Shown here: piece after piece, positions 48,844 through 60,884 of the stretch
How positions within the stretch are numbered: position 1 is the stretch's first letter
Layout of the letters: each line of letters begins with the position of its first letter
Assembly (NCBI GenBank): GCA_040754295.1
Contig: JBFMCQ010000003.1
Location: 19,381 to 83,380 of the forward strand
Origin: Pseudomonadota bacterium
GTDB lineage: Bacteria; Pseudomonadota; Gammaproteobacteria; Nevskiales; Nevskiaceae
Direction of reading: 5' to 3'
Length of the DNA stretch: 64,000 nt
Notes under the pieces: model-generated
Database searches by the model: none
Seen by the model: only the letters and a program-made list of their open reading frames with translations
Told to the model about the DNA's origin: nothing
Position numbers and translations under genes: made by a program

Positions 48844-50436
48844 ATGCACACGGGTCATCGCATGGGGCTGCACGGCATCGGCATCGCACTCGCGCTGTTG
48901 TTGGCCGCGCCGGCGATCGCCGCGCCCGCGGACATGCTGCGCATCGGCAATGGACCGGAGCCGGAAACGCTGGACCCGCACCGTGCCGAAGGGGTCAGCG
49001 CCGGCAACATCGTCCGCGATCTCTACGAAGGGCTGACCGCGATCGCCGCCGACGGCAGCGCCGTGCCGGCGGCGGCGCGCAGCTGGAGCATCAGCGCCGA
49101 CGGCCGGACGTATCGGTTCGAGCTGCGTGACGATTTGTGCTGGTCCAACGGTGAGGCGGTGAGCGCCGAGGATTTCGCCGCCGGCCTGCGCCGCAGCGTG
49201 ACGCCGGCAACCGGATCGGCGTTCGCGCAGATGCTGGCGCCGATCCGCAATGCCAGCGCCGTGATCGAGGGGCGGCTGCCGCCGGCGCAGCTCGGCGTGT
49301 CGGCGCCGGACGCCCGGACCCTGGTGATCGAGCTCGAGACGCCGGCGCCGCATCTGCCGGGCCTGCTCTCGCATCCGTCGACGTTTCCGCTGCATCGGCC
49401 GAGCCTGCGTGTGCACGGTGCTGCGTTCGCACGCGCCGGCCGGCTGGTCGGCAACGGTGCGTACCGGCTGGAGCAGTGGGTGATGCAGTCGCACGTCGAG
49501 CTCGAGCGCAGCTCGTGCTACCGCGCGCCCGCGGCGATTGCGCGCGTCCGCTACGTCGTCACCGAGGACATCCACTCCGAGCTCAAGCGCTACCGCGCCG
49601 GCGAGCTCGACGTGACCTACGAGATTCCGCCGGTGCAGGCGGCGCAGATCCGCCGCGAGCGGCCGCAGCAGCTGCGCGTCGCGCCCTACCTCGGCGTCTA
49701 CTACTACGGTCTGAACCTGACGCGCGCACCGTTCGCCGGCGCGCCCGGGCTGCGGCGCGCGCTGTCGATGGTGATCGACCGCGAGGTCATCGCCGAAAAG
49801 GCGCTGCACGGCCTCGCACTGCCGGCCTACGGCTGGGTGCCGCCGGGCACCGCGGGCCACACGCCGCAGCGGCCGGAGTGGGCGCAGTGGCCGTATGCGC
49901 GGCGCGTCGCCGAGGCGCAGCGGCTGTACCGCGAGGCCGGCTACTCGGACGCGGCGCCGCTCGCCGTCGAGATCCGCTACAACACCCACGAAAGCCACCG
50001 CCGCGTCGCCACCGTCGTCGCGGCGATGTGGAAGCAGACCCTGGGGGTGCAGGTGCGACAGGTCAACGAGGAGTTCAAGGTGTTCCTGCACAACCGCCGG
50101 CTGCGCGAGGCGACGCAGGTGTTCCGCGCCGCGTGGATGGCGGACTACGACGATCCGTCGAGCTTCTTCGGCATTCTGCACAGTGCGCACGGCAAGAACG
50201 ACAGCGGCTGGCGCAGTGCGCGCTACGATGCGCTGCTCGCAGAGGCTTCCGCGACGGCCGATGCCCACGCGCGGGCGTTGCTGTGGCAGCAGGCCGAGCG
50301 GCGGATCTTCGACGAGGTGCCGGTGATCCCGATCTACTTCTACGTCTCCAAGCACCTCGTCAGCCCGCGCGTGCGGGGCTGGACCGACAACCTGCTGGAC
50401 TATCACTACAGCAAGGACCTGCGTCTGGCGCAGTGA
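48844..50436 (+). CDS. ABC transporter substrate-binding protein, family 5 (peptide/nickel, OppA/DppA-like)
   Basis: I chose the internal ATG (MHTGHRMGLHGIGIALALLLAAPAIA, a signal peptide). The sequence LRIGNGPEPETLDPHRAEG... follows the typical SBP_bac_5 pattern. Confidence 0.85.
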   Translation: MHTGHRMGLHGIGIALALLLAAPAIAAPADMLRIGNGPEPETLDPHRAEGVSAGNIVRDLYEGLTAIAADGSAVPAAARSWSISADGRTYRFELRDDLCWSNGEAVSAEDFAAGLRRSVTPATGSAFAQMLAPIRNASAVIEGRLPPAQLGVSAPDARTLVIELETPAPHLPGLLSHPSTFPLHRPSLRVHGAAFARAGRLVGNGAYRLEQWVMQSHVELERSSCYRAPAAIARVRYVVTEDIHSELKRYRAGELDVTYEIPPVQAAQIRRERPQQLRVAPYLGVYYYGLNLTRAPFAGAPGLRRALSMVIDREVIAEKALHGLALPAYGWVPPGTAGHTPQRPEWAQWPYARRVAEAQRLYREAGYSDAAPLAVEIRYNTHESHRRVATVVAAMWKQTLGVQVRQVNEEFKVFLHNRRLREATQVFRAAWMADYDDPSSFFGILHSAHGKNDSGWRSARYDALLAEASATADAHARALLWQQAERRIFDEVPVIPIYFYVSKHLVSPRVRGWTDNLLDYHYSKDLRLAQ

Positions 50437-50442
50437 TCGCGC

Positions 50443-51363
50443 ATGCCCTACCTCATTCGCCGACTCGCCGCCGGAATCGTCACGCTCGCCGTGCTGCTGA
50501 CGCTGACGTTCTTCATGCTGCGCGCGGCGCCGGGCGGACCGCTCGACCGCGAGCGCTCGCTGCTGCCGCGTATCGAAGCGGCGATCGGTGCGCAGTACCA
50601 CCTCGACGAGCCGCTGTGGCGGCAGTATCTGCGCTACGTCGCCGGCGTCGCGCGCGGCGATCTCGGGCCTTCGTTCCAGTACGAGGGCTATCGCGTGACC
50701 GAGCTGATCGCCGCCGGCCTGCCGGCGTCGGCGCTGCTCGGCGCCTGCGCGCTGATCGTCGCGCTCGCGGCCGGCCTCGCGGTCGGCATTGCTGCAGCGC
50801 TGCGAGCCGGCGGCGTGCTCGACCGCCTGCTGATGGCCGCGACCCTGCTCGGCGTCTCGGTGCCGAGCTTCGTCGTCGCGCCGCTGCTGATCCTGCTGTT
50901 CGCGCTGCATCTGGGCTGGCTGCCGGCCGGCGGCTGGCGGCCTTGGGACGTGTCGAGCCTGCTGCTGCCGGTCACCGCGCTGGCGTTGCCGCACGTCGCT
51001 TACGTCGCGCGACTGGCGCGCGGCAGCCTGGCCGAGGTGCTGGACTCGCCGTTCGTGCTCGCGGCGCGCGCACGCGGCCTGCGCACGCCGCGCATCGTGC
51101 TCCGCCACGCGTTGCGCCCGGCGCTGCTGCCGGTGCTCTCGTATCTCGGGCCGGCGGCCGCCGGGCTGCTCACCGGCTCGGTCGTCATCGAGCAGATCTT
51201 CGGCATTCCCGGCGTCGGCCGCTACTTCGTGCAAGGCGCGCTGAACCGCGATTACACGCTGGTGCTCGGCGTCGTGCTGCTCTACGGCGCACTGATCGTC
51301 GTGCTCAACCTGATCGTCGATCTGCTCTACGGCGCGCTCGATCCGCGCGTGCGGCCGGCATGA
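50443..51363 (+). CDS. ABC transporter permease (OppB/DppB-like)
   Basis: The 306-aa ORF begins MPYLIRRLAAGIVTLAVLLTLTFFMLRAAPGGP..., the typical N-terminus of this family. Confidence 0.9.
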   Translation: MPYLIRRLAAGIVTLAVLLTLTFFMLRAAPGGPLDRERSLLPRIEAAIGAQYHLDEPLWRQYLRYVAGVARGDLGPSFQYEGYRVTELIAAGLPASALLGACALIVALAAGLAVGIAAALRAGGVLDRLLMAATLLGVSVPSFVVAPLLILLFALHLGWLPAGGWRPWDVSSLLLPVTALALPHVAYVARLARGSLAEVLDSPFVLAARARGLRTPRIVLRHALRPALLPVLSYLGPAAAGLLTGSVVIEQIFGIPGVGRYFVQGALNRDYTLVLGVVLLYGALIVVLNLIVDLLYGALDPRVRPA

Positions 51364-52181
51364 GTGCCTCCGCCCCGCTGCGGCTGGGTGCCTCGGCCTG
51401 GATCGCGCTGGGGCTGCTGCTGCTGATCGCGCTCGCCGTCGTCGTCGGCCCCTGGCTGAGTCCGCATGCGCCCGACGCGATCGACTTCGCGGCCGAGTGG
51501 GGCAGCGCGCCCGACCGCAGGCACTGGTTCGGCACCGACAGCCTCGGCCGCGACGTCTTTGCGCGCACGCTTGCCGGCGGGCGCGTGTCGCTGCTCGTCG
51601 GGCTGGTGGCGACCGTGGTCGCGGTCCTCGTCGGCCTCGCCTACGGCGCGCTCGCCGGCTATCTCGGCGGGCGCGTCGACCAGTGGATGATGCGCGCCGT
51701 CGACGTGCTCTATGCGCTGCCGTTCATGTTCATCGTGATTCTGCTGATGGTCGCGTTCGGCCGCGAGCTGATTCTGATCTTCGTCGCGATCGGTCTGGTC
51801 AACTGGCTCGACATGGCGCGCATCGTCCGCGGTCAGACCCTGACACTGCGCACGCGCGGTTTCGTGCTCGCTGCGCAGCTGTATGGCATGCCGGCCGCCG
51901 CGGTGCTGCGCCGGCACATCGTGCCGAACCTGGCCGCCACCGTCGTCGCCTACGCGACGCTGACCGTGCCGCAGGTGATCCTGATCGAGTCGTTTCTGAG
52001 CTTCCTCGGCCTGGGTGTCACCGAGCCGGCGGTGAGCTGGGGCTCGCTGATCGACGATGGCGCGCGCGACATGGAAGTCACGCCATGGGCGCTGGCGTTT
52101 CCGACCGCGTTTCTGACGGTCACGCTGCTGTGCCTGAACCTGCTCGGCGAGCGCCTGCGCGACGCGGTGCAGCGCACATGA
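51360..52181 (+). CDS. ABC transporter permease (OppC/DppC-like)
   Basis: This is an internal start within track ORF 49476..52181 (MSASAPLRLGASAWIALGLL...HWFGTDSLGRDVFARTLAGGR...), with an ATGA overlap onto the upstream gene. Confidence 0.9.
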   Translation: MSASAPLRLGASAWIALGLLLLIALAVVVGPWLSPHAPDAIDFAAEWGSAPDRRHWFGTDSLGRDVFARTLAGGRVSLLVGLVATVVAVLVGLAYGALAGYLGGRVDQWMMRAVDVLYALPFMFIVILLMVAFGRELILIFVAIGLVNWLDMARIVRGQTLTLRTRGFVLAAQLYGMPAAAVLRRHIVPNLAATVVAYATLTVPQVILIESFLSFLGLGVTEPAVSWGSLIDDGARDMEVTPWALAFPTAFLTVTLLCLNLLGERLRDAVQRT

Positions 52182-52951
52182 GCGCGCTGTTGCAGGTACA
52201 GGATCTGGTCGTGCGTCTGGGCCGCGACGCGCCGGCCGTGGTCGACGGCGTCAGCTTCGAGCTGGCCGCGGGCGAGGCGCTCGGGCTCGTCGGCGAATCG
52301 GGATCGGGCAAGTCGCAGACCGCGCTGGCCGTGCTCGGCCTGAGCCCGCGCGGCGCGCGCGTCGAGGGCCGCATCGTGTTCGACGGCCGGCCCTTGCTCG
52401 GCCTGTCGGAGCGCGCGCTCGCCCGTGTGCGCGGGCGGCGCATCGGCGCCGTCTTTCAGAATCCGCTGGCCAGTCTCGATCCGCATCTGCGCATCGGCAC
52501 GCAGCTGCGCGAGGTGCTCGCCGTGCACCGCGTGGCGACGGGCGCGGCGGCGCGGGCCGAGTGCCTGCGCCTGCTCGACGCCGTGCGCATCGCCGATGCG
52601 CCGCGCGTGCTGCGCCAGTACCCGCACGAGCTGTCCGGCGGGCAGTGCCAGCGCGCGGCGATCGCGATCGCGCTGGCATGCCGGCCGCAGCTGCTCCTCG
52701 CCGACGAGCCGACGACCGCGCTCGATGTGACGACACAGGCGCAGCTGCTCGATCTGCTGCGCCAGCTGCGCCGCGAGCTCGGTCTGGCGCTGCTGCTGAT
52801 CTCGCACGACCTCGGCGTCGTTGCCGAGCTGTGCGAGCGCGTGCTGGTCATGCGCGCGGGTGCCGTCGTCGAGCAGGGCAGCGTCGCGCAGCTACGCGCG
52901 GCGCCGCGCGCGGCCTACACCGCAGCGCTGCTCGCTGCCCATGACGGGTAG
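52178..52951 (+). CDS. ABC transporter ATP-binding protein (OppD/DppD-like, short form)
   Basis: This is an internal start (MSALLQVQDLVV...). It has Walker A (GESGSGKS), the signature motif (LSGGQCQR) and Walker B (LLLADEPTTALD). At 257 aa it is short, and no second ATPase gene follows. Confidence 0.9.
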   Translation: MSALLQVQDLVVRLGRDAPAVVDGVSFELAAGEALGLVGESGSGKSQTALAVLGLSPRGARVEGRIVFDGRPLLGLSERALARVRGRRIGAVFQNPLASLDPHLRIGTQLREVLAVHRVATGAAARAECLRLLDAVRIADAPRVLRQYPHELSGGQCQRAAIAIALACRPQLLLADEPTTALDVTTQAQLLDLLRQLRRELGLALLLISHDLGVVAELCERVLVMRAGAVVEQGSVAQLRAAPRAAYTAALLAAHDG

Positions 52952-53049
52952 TCGACCCGACAGGGACAAGGCGCGCGCTCATTGGCGTGCACTTGTCCGG
53001 CGCGCTCGGCGCCGGGAGTCTCCGGTAGGGTCCGGGCGTCCAGGCGCTG

Positions 53050-53484
53050 CTAGCGCGTGAGACAGACGGCGAGCACGTCGCAGCGCGCACGCTGCACCAC
53101 GTCTTCCTCGGTGTGGCTGAACAGCGCGGACAGGCCGTGCCGCGGATGATGTCCGACGACGATCAGGTCCGCGCCCAGCTCGCGCGCGGCGCGGTGAATC
53201 TCGGCGGCCACGCCGCCGCTGGCCACGCGCAGCGTCGCTTCGCCCAGATCGTGCCGCCTGCACAGCTCGCCGAGCCGCGTTTCCGCCTGCCGCTGCAGCT
53301 GCGTGGCCAGATCCGGCGGCGCGGCCATCAGCGCCTCGCCGGTTTCCAGTGGGATGTATTCGACCACGTGCACGACCGACAGCCGCGCACCGAAGGCCTG
53401 CGCGAGCGCCCGCGCGCGCAGCGCCACGCCCTCGCCGTGCTCGTCGAGCGCAATTGCCGCGAGCAGATGCTGGTAGCTTGACAT
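53050..53484 (-). CDS. Universal stress protein (UspA family)
   Basis: I chose the internal start MSSYQHLLAAIAL..., with GGGAGGAG upstream. The motif ...ADLIVVGHHPRHGLSALF... is present. Confidence 0.8.
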   Translation of the reverse strand: MSSYQHLLAAIALDEHGEGVALRARALAQAFGARLSVVHVVEYIPLETGEALMAAPPDLATQLQRQAETRLGELCRRHDLGEATLRVASGGVAAEIHRAARELGADLIVVGHHPRHGLSALFSHTEEDVVQRARCDVLAVCLTR

Positions 53485-53597
53485 GACTCCTCCCGCGCGC
53501 GGTGCCCGAACAGCAGTGTAGTAGGGCGGGTCAGACGCGCAAAGCGCGCAGCGCAACCCGCCGGATGAGGCGCGCGCGATTCACGGGCAGGCTCTAA

Positions 53598-54419
53598 CTA
53601 AGAAGGGCGCGCGGCCATCAGCCCCACCAGCCGCGCGAAATCGCGTGCGTGCAGCGTTTCGGCACGCGCGCGCGGGTCGATGCCGGCGCGCGCGATCGTC
53701 GCCGCGTCGATGAGCGACTTGAGGGCGTTGGCGAGCGTCTTGCGGCGCTGCGAGAACGCCTGCGCGACGACGCGATCGAACAGCGCCGGGTCGGCGATCT
53801 CGAAATCCGGCGCACGCGGCACCAGGCGCACGACGGCCGAGTGCACCTTGGGCGCGGGCTTGAACGCGCCGGGGCCGACGTCGAACAGATGCGCCAGCTC
53901 GCAGCGCGCGGCGAGCGCGACCGTCAGCCGCCCGTACGCCTCCTCGTCCGGGGCCGCGCACATGCGGTCGACGACCTCCTTCTGCAGCATGAAGTGCATG
54001 TCGGCGATCGCGTCGGCCTGCGCGAGCAGGTGGAACAGCAGCGGCGTCGAGATGTTGTACGGCAGGTTGCCGACCAGCCGCAGCCGCGTGCCGGGCGCTG
54101 CCAGCGGGCGGAAATCCAGCTTGAGCGCATCGGCTTCGACGATCGTCAGGCCCGGATGCGCGGCGCAGCGCGCACGCAGCAGCGGGATCAGGTCGCGATC
54201 GATCTCGACCGCGGTGAGCCGGCCGGCGCGCTCGAGCAGCGGCAGCGTCAGCGCACCGAGCCCGGGGCCGATCTCGACCAGCGTGTCGGCCGGCCGCGGA
54301 TCGACGCTGCGCAGGATGCGCTCGATCACGCCCGGATCGTGCAGGAAGTTCTGGCCGAAGCGGCGTTTCGCGGGCAATGCCGGAACCCGGGAGCCTGGAC
54401 TCGGGACTCGCTGAGTCAT
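53598..54419 (-). CDS. rsmA: 16S rRNA (adenine1518/1519-N6)-dimethyltransferase
   Basis: [17 protein letters not shown]...[11 protein letters not shown]...[15 protein letters not shown]. The gene sits in the canonical lptD-surA-pdxA-rsmA order. Confidence 0.95.
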   Translation of the reverse strand: MTQRVPSPGSRVPALPAKRRFGQNFLHDPGVIERILRSVDPRPADTLVEIGPGLGALTLPLLERAGRLTAVEIDRDLIPLLRARCAAHPGLTIVEADALKLDFRPLAAPGTRLRLVGNLPYNISTPLLFHLLAQADAIADMHFMLQKEVVDRMCAAPDEEAYGRLTVALAARCELAHLFDVGPGAFKPAPKVHSAVVRLVPRAPDFEIADPALFDRVVAQAFSQRRKTLANALKSLIDAATIARAGIDPRARAETLHARDFARLVGLMAARPS

Positions 54420-55426
54420 GGCTGCGGGCCGCGCGCTGCCAGCTCGATGGCGAGCCGGACCGCTGCCCGCAGACTACCCGCACTCGCTTGGCCGCTGCCG
54501 GCGAGGTCGAGCGCGGTACCGTGGTCGACCGAGGTGCGCAGGATCGGCAGGCCGAGTGTGACGTTGACCGCCTCGCCGAAGCCGGCGTGCTTGAGCACCG
54601 GCAGGCCCTGATCGTGGTACATCGCCAGCACTGCGTCCGCATCGCCCAGCCGCTGCGGCGTGAACAGTGTGTCCGCAGGCAGCGGTCCCTGCAGGCGCAG
54701 GCCTTCGGCGCACAGGCGCCGGATGACCGGCGCGATCACTTCGATCTCCTCGCGGCCGAGGTGCCCGGATTCGCCGGCATGCGGATTCAGGCCGCAGACC
54801 AGCACCCGCGGCTGCGCGATGCCGAAGCGCACGCGCAGCTCGCGATCCAGCGTGCGCAGCACCGTTTCGAGCAGCGGCGCGCTGATCGCGTCGGGGACCG
54901 CGCGCAGCGGCAGATGCGTCGTCGCCAGCGCCACCCGCAGCGGCCCGGCCGCGGTCGACGCGACCAGCATCATCACCGGCTGCGCGGCCGCGCAGCGCTG
55001 CGCCAGAAACTCGGTATGGCCCGAGAACGCGATACCGGCGTCGTTGATGACGCTTTTCTGCACCGGACCGGTGACCAGCGCGTCGGCATGCCCGTCCAGA
55101 CACAGATCGGCGGCCCGGCGCAGGGTTTCGAGCACGTAGCCGGCGTTCGCCGGATCGAGGGCGCCGGGGCGCGCCGGGGCGGCCAGCTCGACCGGCAGCA
55201 CCGGCAGCACGCCGGGGACATGCGGCTGCGGCGCGCAGGCGGGATCGAACAGCCGTGTCTGCAGGCTCAGGCCGAGCAGGCGCGCGCGCTCCCACAGCAG
55301 CTGCGGATCGGCGACGGCGACGAGCTCGGTTTCGGCGGGCTCGTGCGCGAGCGCGCAGACCAGATCAGGGCCGACGCCCGCCGGCTCGCCCGGGGTGATG
55401 AGAATGCGCAGCGGCGCCCGACCCAC
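54416..55426 (-). CDS. pdxA: 4-hydroxythreonine-4-phosphate dehydrogenase
   Basis: [13 protein letters not shown]...FSGHTEFLA...GLNPHAGE...[11 protein letters not shown]...RTSVDHGTA. Confidence 0.95.
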   Translation of the reverse strand: MGRAPLRILITPGEPAGVGPDLVCALAHEPAETELVAVADPQLLWERARLLGLSLQTRLFDPACAPQPHVPGVLPVLPVELAAPARPGALDPANAGYVLETLRRAADLCLDGHADALVTGPVQKSVINDAGIAFSGHTEFLAQRCAAAQPVMMLVASTAAGPLRVALATTHLPLRAVPDAISAPLLETVLRTLDRELRVRFGIAQPRVLVCGLNPHAGESGHLGREEIEVIAPVIRRLCAEGLRLQGPLPADTLFTPQRLGDADAVLAMYHDQGLPVLKHAGFGEAVNVTLGLPILRTSVDHGTALDLAGSGQASAGSLRAAVRLAIELAARGPQP

Positions 55427-55429
55427 GGG

Positions 55430-56767
55430 TCACGACTTCTGCGCCTGCGCGTCGCCCGGCAGCCGGTACTCGACGTAGGCCTCGCTGCGCAGCCGCCGCA
55501 GCCAGGTTTCGTACTCCTCGGCGGCCTTGCGGTTGCCGATCGCCGCGCGCGCGCGCGCGCGCCGCGTCTCCTCGGTCGTGTCGCGCGTGCGCCGCTCGAC
55601 GACGCCGGCGACGTGCCAGCCGAACTGCGTGCGAAACGGCGGCGACAGCTCGCCGGGCTGCAGCTGGTCGATGCGGATCTGGAACTCCGGTGCGAACACG
55701 CCCGGCGGCTGGAAGCCCAGATCGCCGCCGCTGTTCTTCGAGCCCGGATCGTCCGAGTACTGCTTGGCCAGCTTGGCGAAGTCCTCGCCGGCGACGAGGC
55801 GGTTGTAGATGTCGCGCGCGAGCAGGCGCGCCTGGTCGTCGTCGCGCACGGCATTGGTCTGGATCAGGATGTGCCGCGCGCGCGTCTCGTTGACGGTCTT
55901 GCGCTCGTCGCCGCCGCGCAGGTCGACGAGCTTGACCAGATGGAAGCCGCCGGAGGTCTCGATCACGTTGCTGGTCTGGCCCGGGGTCAGGCGCGCCGCG
56001 GCCTGCGCGAACACCTGCGGCAGATCGGCGCCGCGGCGCCAGTCGAGGTCACCGCCCTGCAGTGCCTGCTGGCCGTCGGAATGCGCGATCGCGATCTCGG
56101 CGAAATCCTCGCCGGCACGGATGCGCTCGAGCAGCTTTTCGGCGCGCGCACGCGCGGCGTCGCGGGCGTCGGCATTGGCGCCTTCGGGCACGGCGACGAG
56201 AATGTGCGACAGACGGTACTCGGCGTCGCCGTCCGCGCCCTGCGTCGCCAGCAGCAGGTCGACGTCCTGATCGGTGACGGTGACGCGGCTGTCGACTTCA
56301 CGTGCGCGCAGGCGCTGGATCATGATCTCGTCGCGCACCTGCTCGCGCACCGCCAGGTAGTCCATGCCGTCCTCGCGCACCGCGTCGGCGAACTCGGCCA
56401 GGTTCATGCCGTTCTGCCGCGCGATGTTGGCGAGCACTTCGTTGAGCTCGCGGTCGTCGACGCGGATGCCGGCGGCCTGCGCGCGCTGCGTCTGGATGCG
56501 CGTCAGGATCAGGCGCTCCAGCACCTGGCCGCGCAGCAGCTCCTCGTCGGGCGCGGCGATGCCGCGCTCGCGGATCTGGCGCCGCGCTTCGTCCATCGCG
56601 CGGTCGAGCTCGCTTTGCAGGATCACGCCGTCGTTGACGACGATGAGGATGCGGTCGAGCGGCTCGCCGGCATCGGCCGGCGCCGTCAGTCCGAGGGCGA
56701 GCAGCAGCGCGCAGAAGAGCGCAGGAAAGGGCAGTCGGAAAAACGGCGACTTCGTCATCGGCAGCAT
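55430..56767 (-). CDS. surA: Periplasmic chaperone / peptidyl-prolyl isomerase SurA
   Basis: The 445-aa ORF has a signal peptide, a SurA N-terminal domain and two parvulin-like regions. Its position between lptD and pdxA supports the call. Confidence 0.9.
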   Translation of the reverse strand: MLPMTKSPFFRLPFPALFCALLLALGLTAPADAGEPLDRILIVVNDGVILQSELDRAMDEARRQIRERGIAAPDEELLRGQVLERLILTRIQTQRAQAAGIRVDDRELNEVLANIARQNGMNLAEFADAVREDGMDYLAVREQVRDEIMIQRLRAREVDSRVTVTDQDVDLLLATQGADGDAEYRLSHILVAVPEGANADARDAARARAEKLLERIRAGEDFAEIAIAHSDGQQALQGGDLDWRRGADLPQVFAQAAARLTPGQTSNVIETSGGFHLVKLVDLRGGDERKTVNETRARHILIQTNAVRDDDQARLLARDIYNRLVAGEDFAKLAKQYSDDPGSKNSGGDLGFQPPGVFAPEFQIRIDQLQPGELSPPFRTQFGWHVAGVVERRTRDTTEETRRARARAAIGNRKAAEEYETWLRRLRSEAYVEYRLPGDAQAQKS

Positions 56768-56831
56768 CGAAAAGTGCGGAAGGGGCGGATTATCGCGTAT
56801 TGCGGCAACGGGGCGTGTGCGCGCGGGCGGT

Positions 56832-58988
56832 TCATTCGACCATGCTTCTGGGGAACAGGTTCGTCAGGCCGGAGCCGAGGCGCGCCAGCCCCTTGAGCTC
56901 CAGTTGCAGGTAGACCCCGGCGTTGAAGTCGCCCTCACCGGCGACGTAGCGCCGATACGAGGTGCGCAGCGCCCAGCAGCAGGTTTCGTACTGCAGGCTC
57001 GCCAGCGTGTCGAGCGAATTGCCGTCCTGCACCGAGTAGCGCCAGCGCCCGATCAGGCTGAAGCCCGCGTACAGCGGCGTCGACGCGATCACGTCGGTCT
57101 GCTCCAGCAGGCCCTCGCGGTAGCGGTAGGCCACCTCGAACGCCCGGCGCTGGTCGCGGTAGCGCAGGCCGGCGCTGGTGCGCGTGAAGTCCGAGGTTTC
57201 GGGCGACCATTGCGTGTCGACACGCAGCGTCCAGTGATCGAGCAGGTAGTAGTCCAGCCCGCCGATGAAGTCGGTCGCGCCGCGGTCCGGCGCCGGCTCG
57301 CCGGGCAGGCGCACCTCCGGTGCCTCGAAGCGGAACAGCTGGCCGATGCTGGCGCTGGCGCGCACCCGGCCGGTGTCGGCGTCGAGCTGGCGCCCGGTCA
57401 GCGCGACGGCGAACTGATTGGCGTCGGAGATGCGGTCCTCGCCGGAAAAGCGGTTGCGCGCGAACAGCTGGGTGAAGTCGAAATCCGGCTCGCCGCTGTC
57501 GAACACCGGCAGATCGTTCTGGTTTTCGTACGGCACGAACAGGTAGAACAGCCGCGGCTCCAGCGTCTGCGGCGCGCCCGACGGCGTGATGCGCTCGAAG
57601 CGCAGTCCGTACTCGGCGCTGAAGATCGGCAGCGAGCGGTCGACCTCGGACGGCTGCCCGGCGGCGGTGCCGGTGAGCGCATAGGCGGTGTAGCGGAAGT
57701 CGAGCTGCGATTTCGCGAACCAGGCGACGCGGTCCTTTTCCAGGCGCAGATACGGATGCAGATCGACGCGCTGAGCTTCCACGGAGTCCGCACGCACGAA
57801 GTTGACGTACTCGCCGCTGCCGCCGAGGCGGATGTCCCAGACGTCGTTGCGCGTGATCGCGTCGATGCGCAGCTGCGGCAGCCGCCGGTAGGGCTCGTCG
57901 ACCGCATCCAGATTGCTGGTGATCGTCTGGTAATCCTGGAACAGCGCCTGCACTGTGTACGCCGCCGGCGCGTTGTAGGTGAAGCGCGCGCTGCGCTCCA
58001 GATGCGTGATCGCGCTCAGATCGACACTGCCGCCCAGATCCTCGAAGTACTCCGGATCGCTGACGTCGGCATAGCGGACGTCGACGCCGAGCTTGCGGCT
58101 CAGCAGGCCGCGGTGCTCCAGCTCGGCGTAGGTGCGGCGCTCGCCGGTCAGCTCGTCGTCCGCCAGATACTCGTAGCCGAGCCTGCCTTCGGCCCGGCGC
58201 AGCAGGTAGCGGCCCTCCGCATCGAGCTGCAGCCCGCGGTCGCTCATGTAGCGCGGCATCAGCGTGGCATCGTAGTTCGGGGCGAGATTCAGATAGACCG
58301 GTACACGCAGATCCCAGCCGGTCTTGTCGGACTCGCCGATCGTCGGGAACAGCAGGCCGGTGCGGCGGCGATCGTCGATCGGGAACTGGAACCACGGCGC
58401 GTACAGGATCGGCACGCCGAAGAAGCGCAGACGCGCATGACGCGCGGTGCCGAGGCCTTCCTCCTGGTCGAGCTTGATCGCGCCGGCTTGCAGATACCAG
58501 GCGTCGGAGCCCGGGCGGCAGGTGGTGTAGCGCACGTCGTCGAGCTGCGCGGTGCCGTCGGCCTTGAGCCGGATCGACTCCGAGCTGCCGCGTGCGGCGC
58601 GCTCGCGCAGCACGAAGTCGGTGCCGTCGAAGCGGCCGGTTTCGGCGTCGAGATCGAAGCTCGCCGATTTCGAGCGGATCAGCAGATCCTTGTTGCGGAA
58701 CATCGACTCGGCGCGGACCTCGATGCTGCGCGCCTGCGCGTCGTATTCCAGCGCTTCGGCGCTGAACAGCTTGTCGCCCTGGCGCAGGCGCACCGAGCCT
58801 TCCAGTTTCGACAGTCCCTCGGCGCCAAGGTCGACCTGGTCGGCATCGAGCACGACGCGCGGATCCGACGGACCTTCGGGCTCTGAGAGCGCGTCGTCGG
58901 GCTGCGTGCAGGCCGCTTCGATGCGCGCGGCCGGCGCCATCAGCAGGCAGGCCGCCAGCAGCGGCAGCAGCGATCCGCGTTGGGGCAA
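56832..58988 (-). CDS. lptD: LPS-assembly outer membrane protein LptD
   Basis: ...RYTTCRPGSDAWYLQAGAIKLDQEEG...FGVPILYAPWFQFPIDDRRRTGLLFP.... There is no ATG near the signal peptide. I propose the TTG at 58988, which has GAAGGA 8 nt upstream and gives MPQRGSLLPLLAACLLMAPAARIEA. The rest of track ORF 56832..60119 is antisense to amgK. Confidence 0.85.
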   Translation of the reverse strand: MPQRGSLLPLLAACLLMAPAARIEAACTQPDDALSEPEGPSDPRVVLDADQVDLGAEGLSKLEGSVRLRQGDKLFSAEALEYDAQARSIEVRAESMFRNKDLLIRSKSASFDLDAETGRFDGTDFVLRERAARGSSESIRLKADGTAQLDDVRYTTCRPGSDAWYLQAGAIKLDQEEGLGTARHARLRFFGVPILYAPWFQFPIDDRRRTGLLFPTIGESDKTGWDLRVPVYLNLAPNYDATLMPRYMSDRGLQLDAEGRYLLRRAEGRLGYEYLADDELTGERRTYAELEHRGLLSRKLGVDVRYADVSDPEYFEDLGGSVDLSAITHLERSARFTYNAPAAYTVQALFQDYQTITSNLDAVDEPYRRLPQLRIDAITRNDVWDIRLGGSGEYVNFVRADSVEAQRVDLHPYLRLEKDRVAWFAKSQLDFRYTAYALTGTAAGQPSEVDRSLPIFSAEYGLRFERITPSGAPQTLEPRLFYLFVPYENQNDLPVFDSGEPDFDFTQLFARNRFSGEDRISDANQFAVALTGRQLDADTGRVRASASIGQLFRFEAPEVRLPGEPAPDRGATDFIGGLDYYLLDHWTLRVDTQWSPETSDFTRTSAGLRYRDQRRAFEVAYRYREGLLEQTDVIASTPLYAGFSLIGRWRYSVQDGNSLDTLASLQYETCCWALRTSYRRYVAGEGDFNAGVYLQLELKGLARLGSGLTNLFPRSMVE

Positions 58989-59129
58989 GAGCGCGATCCT
59001 TCTTGGGGCGTTTGCGAGGGCGGCAAGTATCGGCGCAGGCCGGTTGCAGGTGCAATTGCCGCGCTGGCGCCGCGGCGCGCCGGCGTGACAGTGTAAGCTG
59101 CGCCGCTTCCGCCGCAGCGCCCGCCAACC

Positions 59130-60814
<1,685 letters not shown>

Positions 60815-60884
60815 ACCCCCGGGTTCAGCGGTCAGGCGTCGTCCGGATGCTAAAGTGCACGGCCTTCCGAGTTCCTGCGCCACC

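Noticed and set aside
49476-51359. A 901-aa ORF (49476..52181) spanning the SBP and the first permease
   Set aside because: Only its last 273 aa (from 51360) look like an OppC/DppC permease. The rest is an alternative frame of the SBP and OppB genes.
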